A stretch of DNA of 64,000 nucleotides, taken from NCBI GenBank assembly GCA_003220675.1, contig QHTD01000155.1, forward strand, positions 8,782-72,781, in the 5' to 3' direction. Of this stretch, positions 50,860 through 59,180 are shown one piece after another (the stretch's first letter is position 1; each line of letters begins with the position of its first letter). A program made the translations under genes and the position numbers. The notes under the pieces were generated by a model. The model did no database searches, was not told the origin of the DNA, and worked only from the letters and a program-made list of their open reading frames with translations. The DNA is from Candidatus Rokuibacteriota bacterium (lineage in GTDB: Bacteria > Methylomirabilota > Methylomirabilia > Rokubacteriales > CSP1-6).

Positions 50860-52896
50860 TCAGACCGCTCGACCGAGCTGTCCTAGGACGAACGCGTGGT
50901 CGAACGCGAGCTCGCGGAGCGCGTCGTAGCGGCCCGAGGCGCCGCTGTGACCGGCGTCGAGATTGACCTTGAGGAGCAGCGGGCGGTCGTCGGTCTTGAG
51001 CGTCCGGAGCCTCGCGACCCCCTTTGCGGCCTCCCAGTACATCACCTGACTGTCGTTGAGCGCGGTGCGCACGAGGATCGCCGGGTAGCGCTGTGGAGCC
51101 AGGTTCGTGTACGGGCAGTAGGTCTTCATGTACTCGTAGTGCTCGCGGAGCTTCGGGTTGCCCCACTCCTCGAACTCGCCGACCGTCAGCGGGAGCGACG
51201 GGTCGAGCATCGTGTTGATCACGTCCAGGAACGGTACGCGCAGGACCGCCGCCGTGCAGAGGTCGGGCCGCATGTTCAGCACCGCGCCGACCAGGAGGCC
51301 GCCCGCGCTCCCGCCCTCGACCACGAGCCGGTCGTGCGCGGTGTAGCCCTCCCGCACGAGGAGCTCGGCGCAGGCGATGAAGTCGGTGAACGTGTTGCGC
51401 TTCTTGAGCATCCGCCCGTCGTCGTGCCAGCGCTTGCCGAGCTCGCCGCCGCCGCGCACGTGGGCGACGGCGACGGCCACGCCGCGCTCGAGGAGGCTGA
51501 GGCGGTTCGACGAGAAGGTCACGGGATACGGCATCCCATACGCGCCGTAGCCCGTGAGCACCGTCGCGCTCGTGCCGTCGCGCGGCGCGTCCTTCGGACA
51601 GACGAGCGAGATCGGGATGCGCGTGCCGTCGGCGGCCGTCGCGTGGACGCGCTCGGTGCGATAGCGCGCGGGATCATAGCCGCCGAGCACCTCGGTCCGC
51701 TTCAGGAGCCGGAGCTCGCGCGTCACGGTGTCGTAGTCGAAGACCGAGGTCGGGGTGATGAACGACTCGTAGCGGAACCGGTACCGCGGCGTCACGAACT
51801 CGGCGTTCGCCTCCGGCCCGACGTCGTACGCCGGCTCCGGGAACTCGATGTGGTGGGAGGCGCGCGAGTCGAGATCGGTGACGCGCAGGCGCACGAGCCC
51901 GTCCGCGCGCTCTTGCAGGACGTAGTGGTCCGCGAAGACGTCCACGCTCTCGAGCATGACGTCCTCGCGGTGCGGGACCAGCTCGGTCCAGCGCTCGGGC
52001 CGCGGATCGGCCACGGGCGCCGCGACGAGCCGGAAGTTGCGCCGCCCGCCACCGTTCGTGCGGATGTAGAACAGGTCGCGGCCGTGCTCCACGTCGTACT
52101 CGTGCTCGTGCTCCCGCGGCGCCAGCACGGTCCACACGCCGCCGGGGCTCTCGGCGCCGAGGTAGCGAACCTCGGTGGTCGTGTGGCTCGCCGAATAGAG
52201 GAAGACGTACGCGAGGCTCCGCGACCGCGTCACGCCGAACCGGAACAGCTCGTCGGTCTCCTCGAGGAGGAGATCGCCCGCGGCGACGCCCAGGCGGTGG
52301 CGCCAGAGCCGGTGGGGGCGCTTGGCGCGGTCTTCGGTGACGTAGAAGAAGGTCGCGGGAGCCGCCGACCACGCGACGGAGGCGACGCGCTCCACGCGAT
52401 CGGGCTCGAGCGCGCCCGTACGGAGATCTTTCACGTACAGCGTGTACTCGCGGGCTCCGGTGAAGTCCACGGTGTACACGAGGCGCTGGCCGTCGTCGCT
52501 CACGGCGTAGGCGCCGAGCGAAAGGAACGCGTGGCCCTCGGCGAGGCGGTTGAGGTCGAGCGTGATCTCCTCGGGCGCGTCGAGGCTCCCGTGCCGGCGG
52601 CAGAGGATCGGGTACTGCTTGCCCTTCTCCGTGCGCGAGTAGTAGTAGTAGTCCCCCCGCCGGTACGGGACGGTCGCGTCGTCCTCTTTGATCCGGCCGA
52701 GCATCTCCGCGTAGAGCGCCTTCTGGAATGGTTCGGTCGGCTTCATCACCTCGTCGGCGTAGGCGTTCTCGGCCCTGAGGTACGCGAGGACCTCAGGATC
52801 GTCCTTCTGCCGGAGCCAGGCGTAGTCGTCCTGACGACGGTCGCCGTGGACGACGTCCACCTTCGGGATCCTCTTCGCGACGGGAGGTGTCGGCAC
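50860..52896 (-). CDS. ptrB: oligopeptidase B (protease II), S9A family
   Basis: The N-terminus is collinear with E. coli PtrB (HGDRRQDDYAWLRQKDDPEVLAYLRAENAY). GGSAGGLLVG (nucleophile), DSQVMYWEAAK, GHSGASG. Confidence 0.9.
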   Translation of the reverse strand: MPTPPVAKRIPKVDVVHGDRRQDDYAWLRQKDDPEVLAYLRAENAYADEVMKPTEPFQKALYAEMLGRIKEDDATVPYRRGDYYYYSRTEKGKQYPILCRRHGSLDAPEEITLDLNRLAEGHAFLSLGAYAVSDDGQRLVYTVDFTGAREYTLYVKDLRTGALEPDRVERVASVAWSAAPATFFYVTEDRAKRPHRLWRHRLGVAAGDLLLEETDELFRFGVTRSRSLAYVFLYSASHTTTEVRYLGAESPGGVWTVLAPREHEHEYDVEHGRDLFYIRTNGGGRRNFRLVAAPVADPRPERWTELVPHREDVMLESVDVFADHYVLQERADGLVRLRVTDLDSRASHHIEFPEPAYDVGPEANAEFVTPRYRFRYESFITPTSVFDYDTVTRELRLLKRTEVLGGYDPARYRTERVHATAADGTRIPISLVCPKDAPRDGTSATVLTGYGAYGMPYPVTFSSNRLSLLERGVAVAVAHVRGGGELGKRWHDDGRMLKKRNTFTDFIACAELLVREGYTAHDRLVVEGGSAGGLLVGAVLNMRPDLCTAAVLRVPFLDVINTMLDPSLPLTVGEFEEWGNPKLREHYEYMKTYCPYTNLAPQRYPAILVRTALNDSQVMYWEAAKGVARLRTLKTDDRPLLLKVNLDAGHSGASGRYDALRELAFDHAFVLGQLGRAV

Positions 52897-52945
52897 GGGT
52901 AGTGAACAGAGTCTACAGCCTCGGTCCAGCCTTGAAGCCGATCGC

Positions 52946-52979
52946 TATGGCTCGGTATGGTAGTATGGCATTGGTATGG
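52946..52979 (+). promoter_or_regulatory. four direct TATGG repeats (candidate RHH-antitoxin operator) with TTGAAG-N18-TATGGT promoter
   Basis: TATGG at 52946, 52956, 52964 and 52975 (spacing 10, 8, 11), the last including ATG 52976. TTGAAG is at 52932-52937. Confidence 0.4.
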
Positions 52980-53263
52980 TAAAAGTGACGTTCACGCTCG
53001 ACGAGGCCACCGTCGAACGGCTGCGGCAGGCGGCTGCGCGCGCCCGAAAACCGCAGAGCCAGGTCGTTCGCGAGGCCGTCAAGGACTACGCCGACCGCGT
53101 CGGCAGGCTCAGCGAGGAGGAGCGGATGCGCCTCCTCAAGGTCTTCGACACGGTCGTCCCGGCGATCCCGCTTCGACCCGCAGCCCGCGTGGACGCTGAG
53201 CTGCAGGCGATCCGAAGCGCGCGGCGGAAGGGCGGACGACGGCACGCACGTCGAGCTCGGTGA
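52976..53263 (+). CDS. vapB: CopG/RHH-type antitoxin
   Basis: MVKVTFTLDEATVERLRQAAARARKPQSQVVREAVKDY. Confidence 0.75.
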   Translation: MVKVTFTLDEATVERLRQAAARARKPQSQVVREAVKDYADRVGRLSEEERMRLLKVFDTVVPAIPLRPAARVDAELQAIRSARRKGGRRHARRAR

Positions 53264-53637
53264 TCCATCTCGACACCTCGCTGTTGGTCGACGCCCTCAC
53301 GGGACCTCGACGCTCGGCCGGCGCGCTCAGAAAGACGATCGAGCGCGGAGAACGCGTCGCCCTGAGCACCCTCGTCCTCTACGAATGGCGCCGCGGGCCT
53401 CGACTGCCCGAGGAACTGGCGGCGCAGGAGGCGTTGTTCCCGAACGAGTCTGTCGTTCCGTTTGGGCGGCAGGAGGCCGCACTCGCGGCCGAACTCTATC
53501 GAGCGATCAGACGGCCCCGCGGGCGCGAGATCGACCTCGCGATCGCCGCGTGCGCGCTCGCCAACGGGGCGGAGTTCTGGGCGCTCAACCCACAGGACTT
53601 CCGCGACATCCCGAGTCTGACGATTTTCACCGGCTGA
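53260..53637 (+). CDS. vapC: PIN-domain toxin
   Basis: The GTG overlaps the antitoxin stop. MIHLDTSLLVDAL, REIDLAIAACALANGAEFWALNPQDF. Confidence 0.8.
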   Translation: MIHLDTSLLVDALTGPRRSAGALRKTIERGERVALSTLVLYEWRRGPRLPEELAAQEALFPNESVVPFGRQEAALAAELYRAIRRPRGREIDLAIAACALANGAEFWALNPQDFRDIPSLTIFTG

Positions 53638-53655
53638 GCCCCGCTCGACCGGACG

Positions 53656-54375
53656 TCAACAGCCGAGCTTCTCGGCGAGGTCGATGAAGTCCTCGGCGAC
53701 GAAGTCCCAGTCGCGCGTCGGCCGGAGGTCGGTCGTCTGCGTCGGACCGTGCTCGGTCCGGCGGTGCACGAAGGCGGTGCGGAAGCCGAGGGCGGCGGCC
53801 GCGGCGAGGTCGCCGTTGTGCGCGGCCACCAGCACGCACTGGGCGGGTACCAGCCCGAGCAGCTCCGCTGTCGTCAGATACGCTGCGGGCTGCGGCTTGT
53901 AGTGGCGCGCGACCTCGGCGCCGAGGATCGCGTCCCACGGGAGCCCGGCACGCTTGGCCATGTCCACCAGGAGCGCGACGTTGCCGTTCGAGAGCGTCGT
54001 GAGAATGAACTTCCGCTTGAGGCGCACGAGCCCCGGTACGGCATCGGGCCACGGGTCGAGGCGGTGCCAGGCGCGGTTCAGGTGGTCGATCTCCGCCTCG
54101 GTGAGTCCGGTGACGCCGAACCGGACGAGGAGCTGATCGAGCGCCATCCGGTGAAGATCGTCGAGCTTGGTCCACGGCATCGCGCCGCTCCGCACCTGCT
54201 CCAGCATGGGCTGGTAGAGGCCGCGCCACGCGTCAGCGAACGCGGTCCAGCTGACCTTCAGGCCCTTGGCGCGCCCGAGCGCCTCACCCTCGCGGATCAG
54301 GCTCGACCGCCAGTCAACGACGGTGCCGAAGACGTCGAAGGTCAGCGCCTTGATCGACGCGACGTCGATACTCAT
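53656..54375 (-). CDS. haloacid dehalogenase type II (HAD superfamily)
   Basis: LTFDVFGTVVDW, LSNGN, HYKPQPAAY, AAHNGDLAAAAALGFRTAFV. The ATG overlaps the upstream vapC stop (ATGA). Confidence 0.85.
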   Translation of the reverse strand: MSIDVASIKALTFDVFGTVVDWRSSLIREGEALGRAKGLKVSWTAFADAWRGLYQPMLEQVRSGAMPWTKLDDLHRMALDQLLVRFGVTGLTEAEIDHLNRAWHRLDPWPDAVPGLVRLKRKFILTTLSNGNVALLVDMAKRAGLPWDAILGAEVARHYKPQPAAYLTTAELLGLVPAQCVLVAAHNGDLAAAAALGFRTAFVHRRTEHGPTQTTDLRPTRDWDFVAEDFIDLAEKLGC

Positions 54376-54770
54376 GCCGGCGCGAGGCGCAGGCCGAGCC
54401 CGGCCGCAGAGGCCCGAATTCGCTCGTCGAGACTGAGCAGGACGAGATCCTCGACCGCCGCGCTCGCGACGAGCGCGCTCGCCAGGTGAAGCGCGTCGAG
54501 CGTTCGCACGGGCTCCCCTGGGAACGGCCGCCGGGCACGCTCGATCACCTCACCGTTGAGCCTCAAGAGGCTCCAGTGCGTCGCCGTCCTGTTCAGCAAG
54601 GCGCGCAGCCTCTCAGCCTCAGATTCGGCGAGATCGTCGCCAATCGCCGCCCTGATCAAGACCCGGTCGCACTCGACCAGCGTAAGGTCGGACGCGACGA
54701 CTACGTCGGCCCCTGCGAGCGCCCGACGCACGTCCGACGCACGGCGCTCGCCGAGGAGCCACGCGAGCAC
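54372..54770 (-). CDS. vapC: PIN-domain toxin (start uncertain)
   Basis: DALHLASAL, LLSLDERIRASA. Homology-like sequence continues upstream (LNLYAESSAVLAWLL) to a CTG at 54797 that overlaps the antitoxin stop (CTGA). GTG 54770 would drop the first acidic PIN motif. Confidence 0.7.
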   Translation of the reverse strand: MLAWLLGERRASDVRRALAGADVVVASDLTLVECDRVLIRAAIGDDLAESEAERLRALLNRTATHWSLLRLNGEVIERARRPFPGEPVRTLDALHLASALVASAAVEDLVLLSLDERIRASAAGLGLRLAPA

Positions 54771-54793
54771 TGCGCTCGACTCGGCGTAGAGGT

Positions 54794-55087
54794 TCAGCGC
54801 GGTCCCCGCGCCTCGTCGAGCAGGCGGCGCAGTCGGCCTCGAGGCAGGCGTCGCGGCAGCGCGCGATAGAGTCCGGGCCCGTTGCGGGCGCCGACAGAGA
54901 GCGAGCCCCGTTGTACCAGCATCGCGAGCGTCCGGCGCCGCCGCGGGTCGGCGACGGCGGCGCGCGGAGGCAACAGCTCGGCGACGACCTGGCCCCGATC
55001 GGTGACAGCGAACCCGTGACCCGCGCGCACCCGTCGCACGTACTCGCTGAGACCGTTTTTCAGCTCCCGAATTCCAACCGTTCGCAC
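54794..55087 (-). CDS. Phd/YefM-type antitoxin
   Basis: GTG 55087. MRTVGIRELKNGLSEYVRRVRAGHGFAVTDRGQVVAELLPP. Confidence 0.7.
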   Translation of the reverse strand: MRTVGIRELKNGLSEYVRRVRAGHGFAVTDRGQVVAELLPPRAAVADPRRRRTLAMLVQRGSLSVGARNGPGLYRALPRRLPRGRLRRLLDEARGPR

Positions 55088-55093
55088 GACCTC

Positions 55094-55123
55094 AATGTAG
55101 CCTCACGGGGCTACATTCGTCAA
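55094..55123 (-). promoter_or_regulatory. candidate promoter TTGACG-N18-TACATT (6 nt from GTG 55087) overlapped by a 9-bp perfect inverted repeat
   Basis: On the minus strand, TTGACG is the reverse complement of 55118-55123 and TACATT is the reverse complement of 55094-55099. Inverted repeat aatgtagcc (55094-55102) / ggctacatt (55109-55117). Confidence 0.5.
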
Positions 55124-55191
55124 TGTCCAATCTTGTAGACGGTCACTGCCTCGCCCAGTGAACGAGCTCGGTACAGGGAGGCGTCCACGCC

Positions 55192-55197
55192 TATAAT
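55192..55197 (+). promoter_or_regulatory. perfect TATAAT hexamer 7 nt upstream of ATG 55205
   Basis: The ORF-track ATG 55196 lies inside this hexamer. The next in-frame ATG 55205 (MPHLVRTMCPMNC) fits a leaderless start. The -35 is weak. Confidence 0.5.
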
Positions 55198-55204
55198 GTC
55201 CCAC

Positions 55205-57229
55205 ATGCCGCACCTGGTGCGAACCATGTGCCCGATGAACTGCCACCCCACCCTGTGCGGCATGCTCGTCGAGATCGAGGACGGGCAGCTCCTCGGCGTC
55301 CGGGGCGATCCCGACAATCCCGACAGCCGGGGCTTTCTGTGCATCCGCGGCCAGGCCTCGCGCGAGATCATCGGCAACCCGCGTCGCCTCCTCCACCCGC
55401 TCGTCCGCGCACGCCGGGGCGAGGACGCATGGCGGCGCGCCGAGTGGTCGGAGGTCCTGGACCGGATCGTGGAGGGGATGCGCGCCGTCGGGCGCGAGGC
55501 CGTCGGCACGTGGTCGGGCCACGGGCTCTTCGCCAACAATTACGGCACGCGGATCGCGTCGCACCTCCTGCGCCGCTTCTCGAACCTCTACGGCTGTCAG
55601 TGGTGGAACCCGACGATGATCTGCTGGGGCCTCGGCGCCTGGGGCCTCGGCCTCACGGGCGCGCTCGAGACCAACACCAAGGAGGACATGGGGGCGCACG
55701 CGAACCTGATCCTCCTCTGGGGAGCGAACCTCGCCTCACAGCCGAACACGGCGCGCTACGTCGCGGCGGCGAAGCGCCGCGGCGCCTACGTCGTCACGCT
55801 CGACGTGCGCGAGACCGAGGCCGCCGCGCAGTCGGACGAGACGCTCCTGATCCGCCCCGGCACGGACGCGGCCCTCGCCCTTGCGCTGATGCACGTCATC
55901 GTCGGCGAAGGGCTGTACGACCGTGAGTTCGTCGCCCGCCACACGCTCGGCTTCGACGAGCTGCGGGGCCTTGTCGCGAACTACCCGCCCGCCTGGGCCG
56001 CGCGCGTCACGGGGATCGCCGCGGAGCGCATCGCCACGCTCGCGCGCCGCTACGCGACGACGCGACCGGCGATGATCGTGCTCGGCGGCAGCTCCATGCA
56101 CAAGGGCGCCAACGGCTGGACGGGCGGGCGGGCGATCGGGTGCCTGCCGGCGCTCACGGGCAACCTCGGCATACCCGGCGGCGGCTTCGGCCCGCGTCAC
56201 GGCAGCGCCGTCCACGGCCAAGGGCTCGCCAGCATCGTCGCCGAGGACCGACGCCCGCCGGGACGCTACGTCCCCAACCAGATGGTGCGCATCACCGAGG
56301 CGCTCCTCGACGGCAGGGTCCGCGCGATGTTGCTCTTCGGCACCGACATGCTCTCCTCATACGCCGACGCCGGCCGCGTGGCCGAGGGACTCGCGCGGGC
56401 CGATCTCGTCGTGAGCTACGACCTGTTCATGAACGACACCGCGCGGCGCGTTGCCGACGTCGTGCTCCCGGCGACGGCGTGGCTCGAGGAGCTCGGCTGC
56501 AAGTCGACGAACACGCACCTCTACCTGATGCCCAAGGTCCTCGAGCCGCCGGGCGAGACGCGCCCCGTCGCGTGGGTGCTGAAGGAGCTGGCGAGCCGCC
56601 TCGGCGTGGACGACTTCTACCCGTGGGAGAGCGACGAGGGGCCGATCGACGCGATCCTCGACCATCCGGCGACGGGCCACGCGACCGTCGCGGCGCTCCG
56701 CGCAGAGGACGGGATTCGCGCGCTCAGGATCTCCCACGTCGCCTATTCCGACCGCAAGTTCCATACTCCGTCGGGCAAGGTGGAGTTCTCTTCCGACCGC
56801 GCGCGGTCCTTCGGGCTCCCCGCGCTCCCGGTCTACGTCGAGCCGCCCGCGTCCCCCTACCCGCTCGCCTTCCGCCAGGGCCGGACGCTCACCCAATTCC
56901 ACGGCTTCTACGACCACGGCCGCGCACTGCCGACGCTCGCCAACGCGGACCCTGAGCCCTATCTCTGGATCGCTCCCGCCGATGCCGCGGCGCGCGCGAT
57001 CGCCGACGGCGCAGCGATCAAGATCCACAACGAGCGCGGCGAGTTCCACGCCCGCGCGCGCGTGACCGAGAAGATCCCGGCGGGCACGGTGTGGATGCGC
57101 GACGGCTGGGAGGGCCTGAACCGGCTCACGTCCGGGGACGCCGCGATCCCTGACGAGGCCGTCGATCTCTTCGGGTTCTCGGGAGGCCAGGCCGCGTTCG
57201 ACGCGATGGTGGACGTGGCCCCGGCGTGA
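55205..57229 (+). CDS. molybdopterin-dependent oxidoreductase (DMSO reductase family), cytoplasmic, substrate unknown
   Basis: N-terminal 4Fe-4S motif CPMNCHPTLC...FLCIRG. GANLASQPN, LIRPGTDAALALA. C-terminal barrel domain (WIAPADAAARAI...IKIHNERGEF). No Tat signal and no partner subunits. Confidence 0.85.
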   Translation: MPHLVRTMCPMNCHPTLCGMLVEIEDGQLLGVRGDPDNPDSRGFLCIRGQASREIIGNPRRLLHPLVRARRGEDAWRRAEWSEVLDRIVEGMRAVGREAVGTWSGHGLFANNYGTRIASHLLRRFSNLYGCQWWNPTMICWGLGAWGLGLTGALETNTKEDMGAHANLILLWGANLASQPNTARYVAAAKRRGAYVVTLDVRETEAAAQSDETLLIRPGTDAALALALMHVIVGEGLYDREFVARHTLGFDELRGLVANYPPAWAARVTGIAAERIATLARRYATTRPAMIVLGGSSMHKGANGWTGGRAIGCLPALTGNLGIPGGGFGPRHGSAVHGQGLASIVAEDRRPPGRYVPNQMVRITEALLDGRVRAMLLFGTDMLSSYADAGRVAEGLARADLVVSYDLFMNDTARRVADVVLPATAWLEELGCKSTNTHLYLMPKVLEPPGETRPVAWVLKELASRLGVDDFYPWESDEGPIDAILDHPATGHATVAALRAEDGIRALRISHVAYSDRKFHTPSGKVEFSSDRARSFGLPALPVYVEPPASPYPLAFRQGRTLTQFHGFYDHGRALPTLANADPEPYLWIAPADAAARAIADGAAIKIHNERGEFHARARVTEKIPAGTVWMRDGWEGLNRLTSGDAAIPDEAVDLFGFSGGQAAFDAMVDVAPA

Positions 57230-57239
57230 GCTTATCGGC

Positions 57240-57258
57240 GGGGGCCTCGACGGCCCCC
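57240..57258 (+). terminator. GC hairpin 10 nt after the oxidoreductase stop
   Basis: gggggcc-tcgac-ggccccc, with no U tract. Confidence 0.4.
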
Positions 57259-57394
57259 TCCGACCCACCCACAGAATCCGATTGCGCCGGCGGAGCCTCG
57301 CTCGAACCCAGTTCTCCAAGTGTCTAGCGGCCTGTCGGTGTAAGCGACTTCGAGCGCCGGCTTTGCCGGCGCAACCGATCCTGGGGGGAGGTTT

Positions 57395-57425
57395 CGGAAG
57401 GGGGGCGAAGCCCCCCTCCGAGGTC
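57395..57425 (-). terminator. GC-rich hairpin element (ggggggc-gaa-gcccccc), its minus-strand 5' end abutting the thioesterase stop codon
   Basis: cggaaggggggcgaagcccccctccgaggtc. Second copy of the element at 2476-2506. Confidence 0.45.
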
Positions 57426-57923
57426 CTAGCGCGTCGTCGGGGGCGACGCGAGGCCGATCGTCCGCCCGACCTGCGGCGGCCGCGGCAGCGCGTCGTGCGC
57501 CTTCTGGATGCGCGCGAGGCGCTCGAGGACCTCCGGGGCCATCGAGGTACTCCGCCGCGTCGCCTCGCTCACGTGGATCGACATCAGCTCGTTCGTCGCC
57601 GCCAGATAGCCTTCCGTGGCGTGGAACATCGCGTGGAAATAATGGATGCGCTTGGCGTCATGCTCGAGGAGCAGCGTGGTGAAGCGGAGCGGGTCGCCCG
57701 ATCGCACCTCGCGGTGGTAGGTGACGTGCGCCTCCAGACAGAAGGTCGTCACGCGATGCTGGCGCCGGTGACCCTCGTCCAGCCCCACCCAGTCCAGGAA
57801 CTCGTCGGTCGCGAAGTCGAAGACGACGAGGTAGTAGCCCATGTTCATGTGGCCGTTGTAGTCGATCCACTCGGGCCGGACGCGGTCGCGGTAGCGATCG
57901 AGCGGTGCGCTGAGGTCGGTCAT
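57426..57923 (-). CDS. hotdog-fold acyl-CoA thioesterase (4HBT/YbgC-like)
   Basis: VRPEWIDYNGHMNMGYYLVVFD, FCLEAHVTYHREV. Confidence 0.8.
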   Translation of the reverse strand: MTDLSAPLDRYRDRVRPEWIDYNGHMNMGYYLVVFDFATDEFLDWVGLDEGHRRQHRVTTFCLEAHVTYHREVRSGDPLRFTTLLLEHDAKRIHYFHAMFHATEGYLAATNELMSIHVSEATRRSTSMAPEVLERLARIQKAHDALPRPPQVGRTIGLASPPTTR

Positions 57924-57942
57924 GAGGCACAGTATACGCAGA

Positions 57943-58887
57943 ATGCCGGAGCTGCCCGACGTCGTGGTCTACATCGAGGCGCTCGAGCGGCGCATCCGCG
58001 GCGCCCGGCTCGAGCGGGTGAGGGTCCTGAGCCCGTTCGTGCTCCGCTCCGTGGATCCGCCGCTCGCGGCGGCGGCCGGGCGGACGGTGAGCGGGCTCCG
58101 CCGTCTCGGCAAGCGCATCGTCGTCGGGCTGGAGAGCGACCTTTTCCTCGTCCTCCATCTGATGATCGCGGGACGGCTCCACTGGCGGCCGGCTGGCGCC
58201 CGGCCGCCGGGGAAGATCGGCCTCGCCGCGTTCGACTTCGCCACGGGTACCCTCGTGATGACCGAGGCGGGAACGAAGAAGCGCGCGGCGATCCACCTCG
58301 TGCGCGGCGAGGAGGCGCTCCGCGAGCACGATCCGGGCGGTCTGGAGGTGCTGGAGGCTGACCTGACCGCGTTTCGTGCGGCGCTGCTCGCCGAGAAGCA
58401 CACGCTCAAGCGGGCGCTCACCGACGCGCGGCTCTTCAGCGGCATCGGCAACGCCTACTCCGACGAGATCCTCCACCGCGCGTGCCTCTCGCCCGTGAAG
58501 CTCTCGCAGCAGCTCGCGGACGAGGAGATCCGGCGCCTCTTCGAGGCGACGCGCGCGACGCTGCTGGACTGGTGCGAACGGTTGAGGCGTGAGGCGGGCG
58601 ACGGCTTTCCCGAGGGCGTCACGGCGTTTCGCGAGGGGATGGCAGTCCACGGGCGCTACGGCAAGCCGTGCCCGGCGTGCGGCGCGCCCGTTCAGCGGAT
58701 CGTCCACGCCGAGAACGCGACGAACTACTGCGCGCGCTGCCAGACGGGCGGCCGGCTCCTCGCCGACCGCGCGCTCTCACGGCTGCTCAAGGAGGATTGG
58801 CCGCGGACGCTCGAGCAGCTCGAAGAACGATCGGCTGGCCGTGGGGCGTGGCGCGCGCGGCGTGATCCCACTCGTCCTTCCGTGTGA
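57943..58887 (+). CDS. Fpg/Nei family DNA glycosylase-like protein
   Basis: MPELPDVVVY (catalytic Pro2/Glu3), H2TH region SGIGNAYSDEILH, zinc finger CPACGAPVQRIVHAENATNYCARC. The 3' 101 nt overlap the convergent nitrile hydratase accessory gene. Confidence 0.8.
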   Translation: MPELPDVVVYIEALERRIRGARLERVRVLSPFVLRSVDPPLAAAAGRTVSGLRRLGKRIVVGLESDLFLVLHLMIAGRLHWRPAGARPPGKIGLAAFDFATGTLVMTEAGTKKRAAIHLVRGEEALREHDPGGLEVLEADLTAFRAALLAEKHTLKRALTDARLFSGIGNAYSDEILHRACLSPVKLSQQLADEEIRRLFEATRATLLDWCERLRREAGDGFPEGVTAFREGMAVHGRYGKPCPACGAPVQRIVHAENATNYCARCQTGGRLLADRALSRLLKEDWPRTLEQLEERSAGRGAWRARRDPTRPSV

Positions 58888-59167
58888 CGAGCTCGTCCGC
58901 CCCGACGAGCCCTTTGGCGGCGACGATCTTCTCCAGGGCGGCGAGCCAGTAATGGTAGTAGCGGCTCCCGTCGTCCACTTCGCCGCGCGCGCGGGCCGCC
59001 GCGATCTCGTCGGCCAGGTACGTCGCCCACTCCTTCCACGTGAAGAGGCCGCGCGCGTGGAGCGCCACGGCCATGCCGAAGGCCTGCGCCTCCCACGGCT
59101 CCCTGAAGACGGGTCCTTCCTCATCCCGTGGGACCTGCGGCAGGGCAGAAAGATCAGGCGTCGTCAT
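58787..59167 (-). CDS. nitrile hydratase accessory (activator) protein
   Basis: ATG 59167. PVFREPWEAQAFGMAVALHARGLFTWKEWA, YYHYWLAALEKIV, TPHGQPIVL. Confidence 0.75.
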   Translation of the reverse strand: MTTPDLSALPQVPRDEEGPVFREPWEAQAFGMAVALHARGLFTWKEWATYLADEIAAARARGEVDDGSRYYHYWLAALEKIVAAKGLVGADELVTRKDEWDHAARATPHGQPIVLRAARASAANPP

Positions 59168-59180
59168 GCGCCAACCGATT

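Noticed and set aside
55196-55198. ORF-track ATG 55196 as the start of the molybdopterin oxidoreductase.
   Set aside because: It lies inside a perfect TATAAT hexamer. The next in-frame ATG (55205) fits the recurrent spacing between the -10 and the start.
55205-57229. Selenocysteine-containing formate-dehydrogenase-like enzyme, prompted by finding a candidate selenoprotein elsewhere in the window.
   Set aside because: There is no in-frame TGA. The region after the Fe-S motif contains ordinary Cys (FLCIRGQ). No FdhB/FdhC-type partners are present.
57230-57425. Possible tRNA or other small RNA in the 196-bp convergent gap. The minus strand contains gggttcgagcg, reminiscent of a T-loop, and there is a gcgccgg-ctttg-ccggcgc hairpin.
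   Set aside because: There are no flanking acceptor or T-stem complementarity and no anticodon-arm geometry. The region is better explained by two terminator hairpins plus a central hairpin. No tRNA-like sequence was seen elsewhere in the window either.
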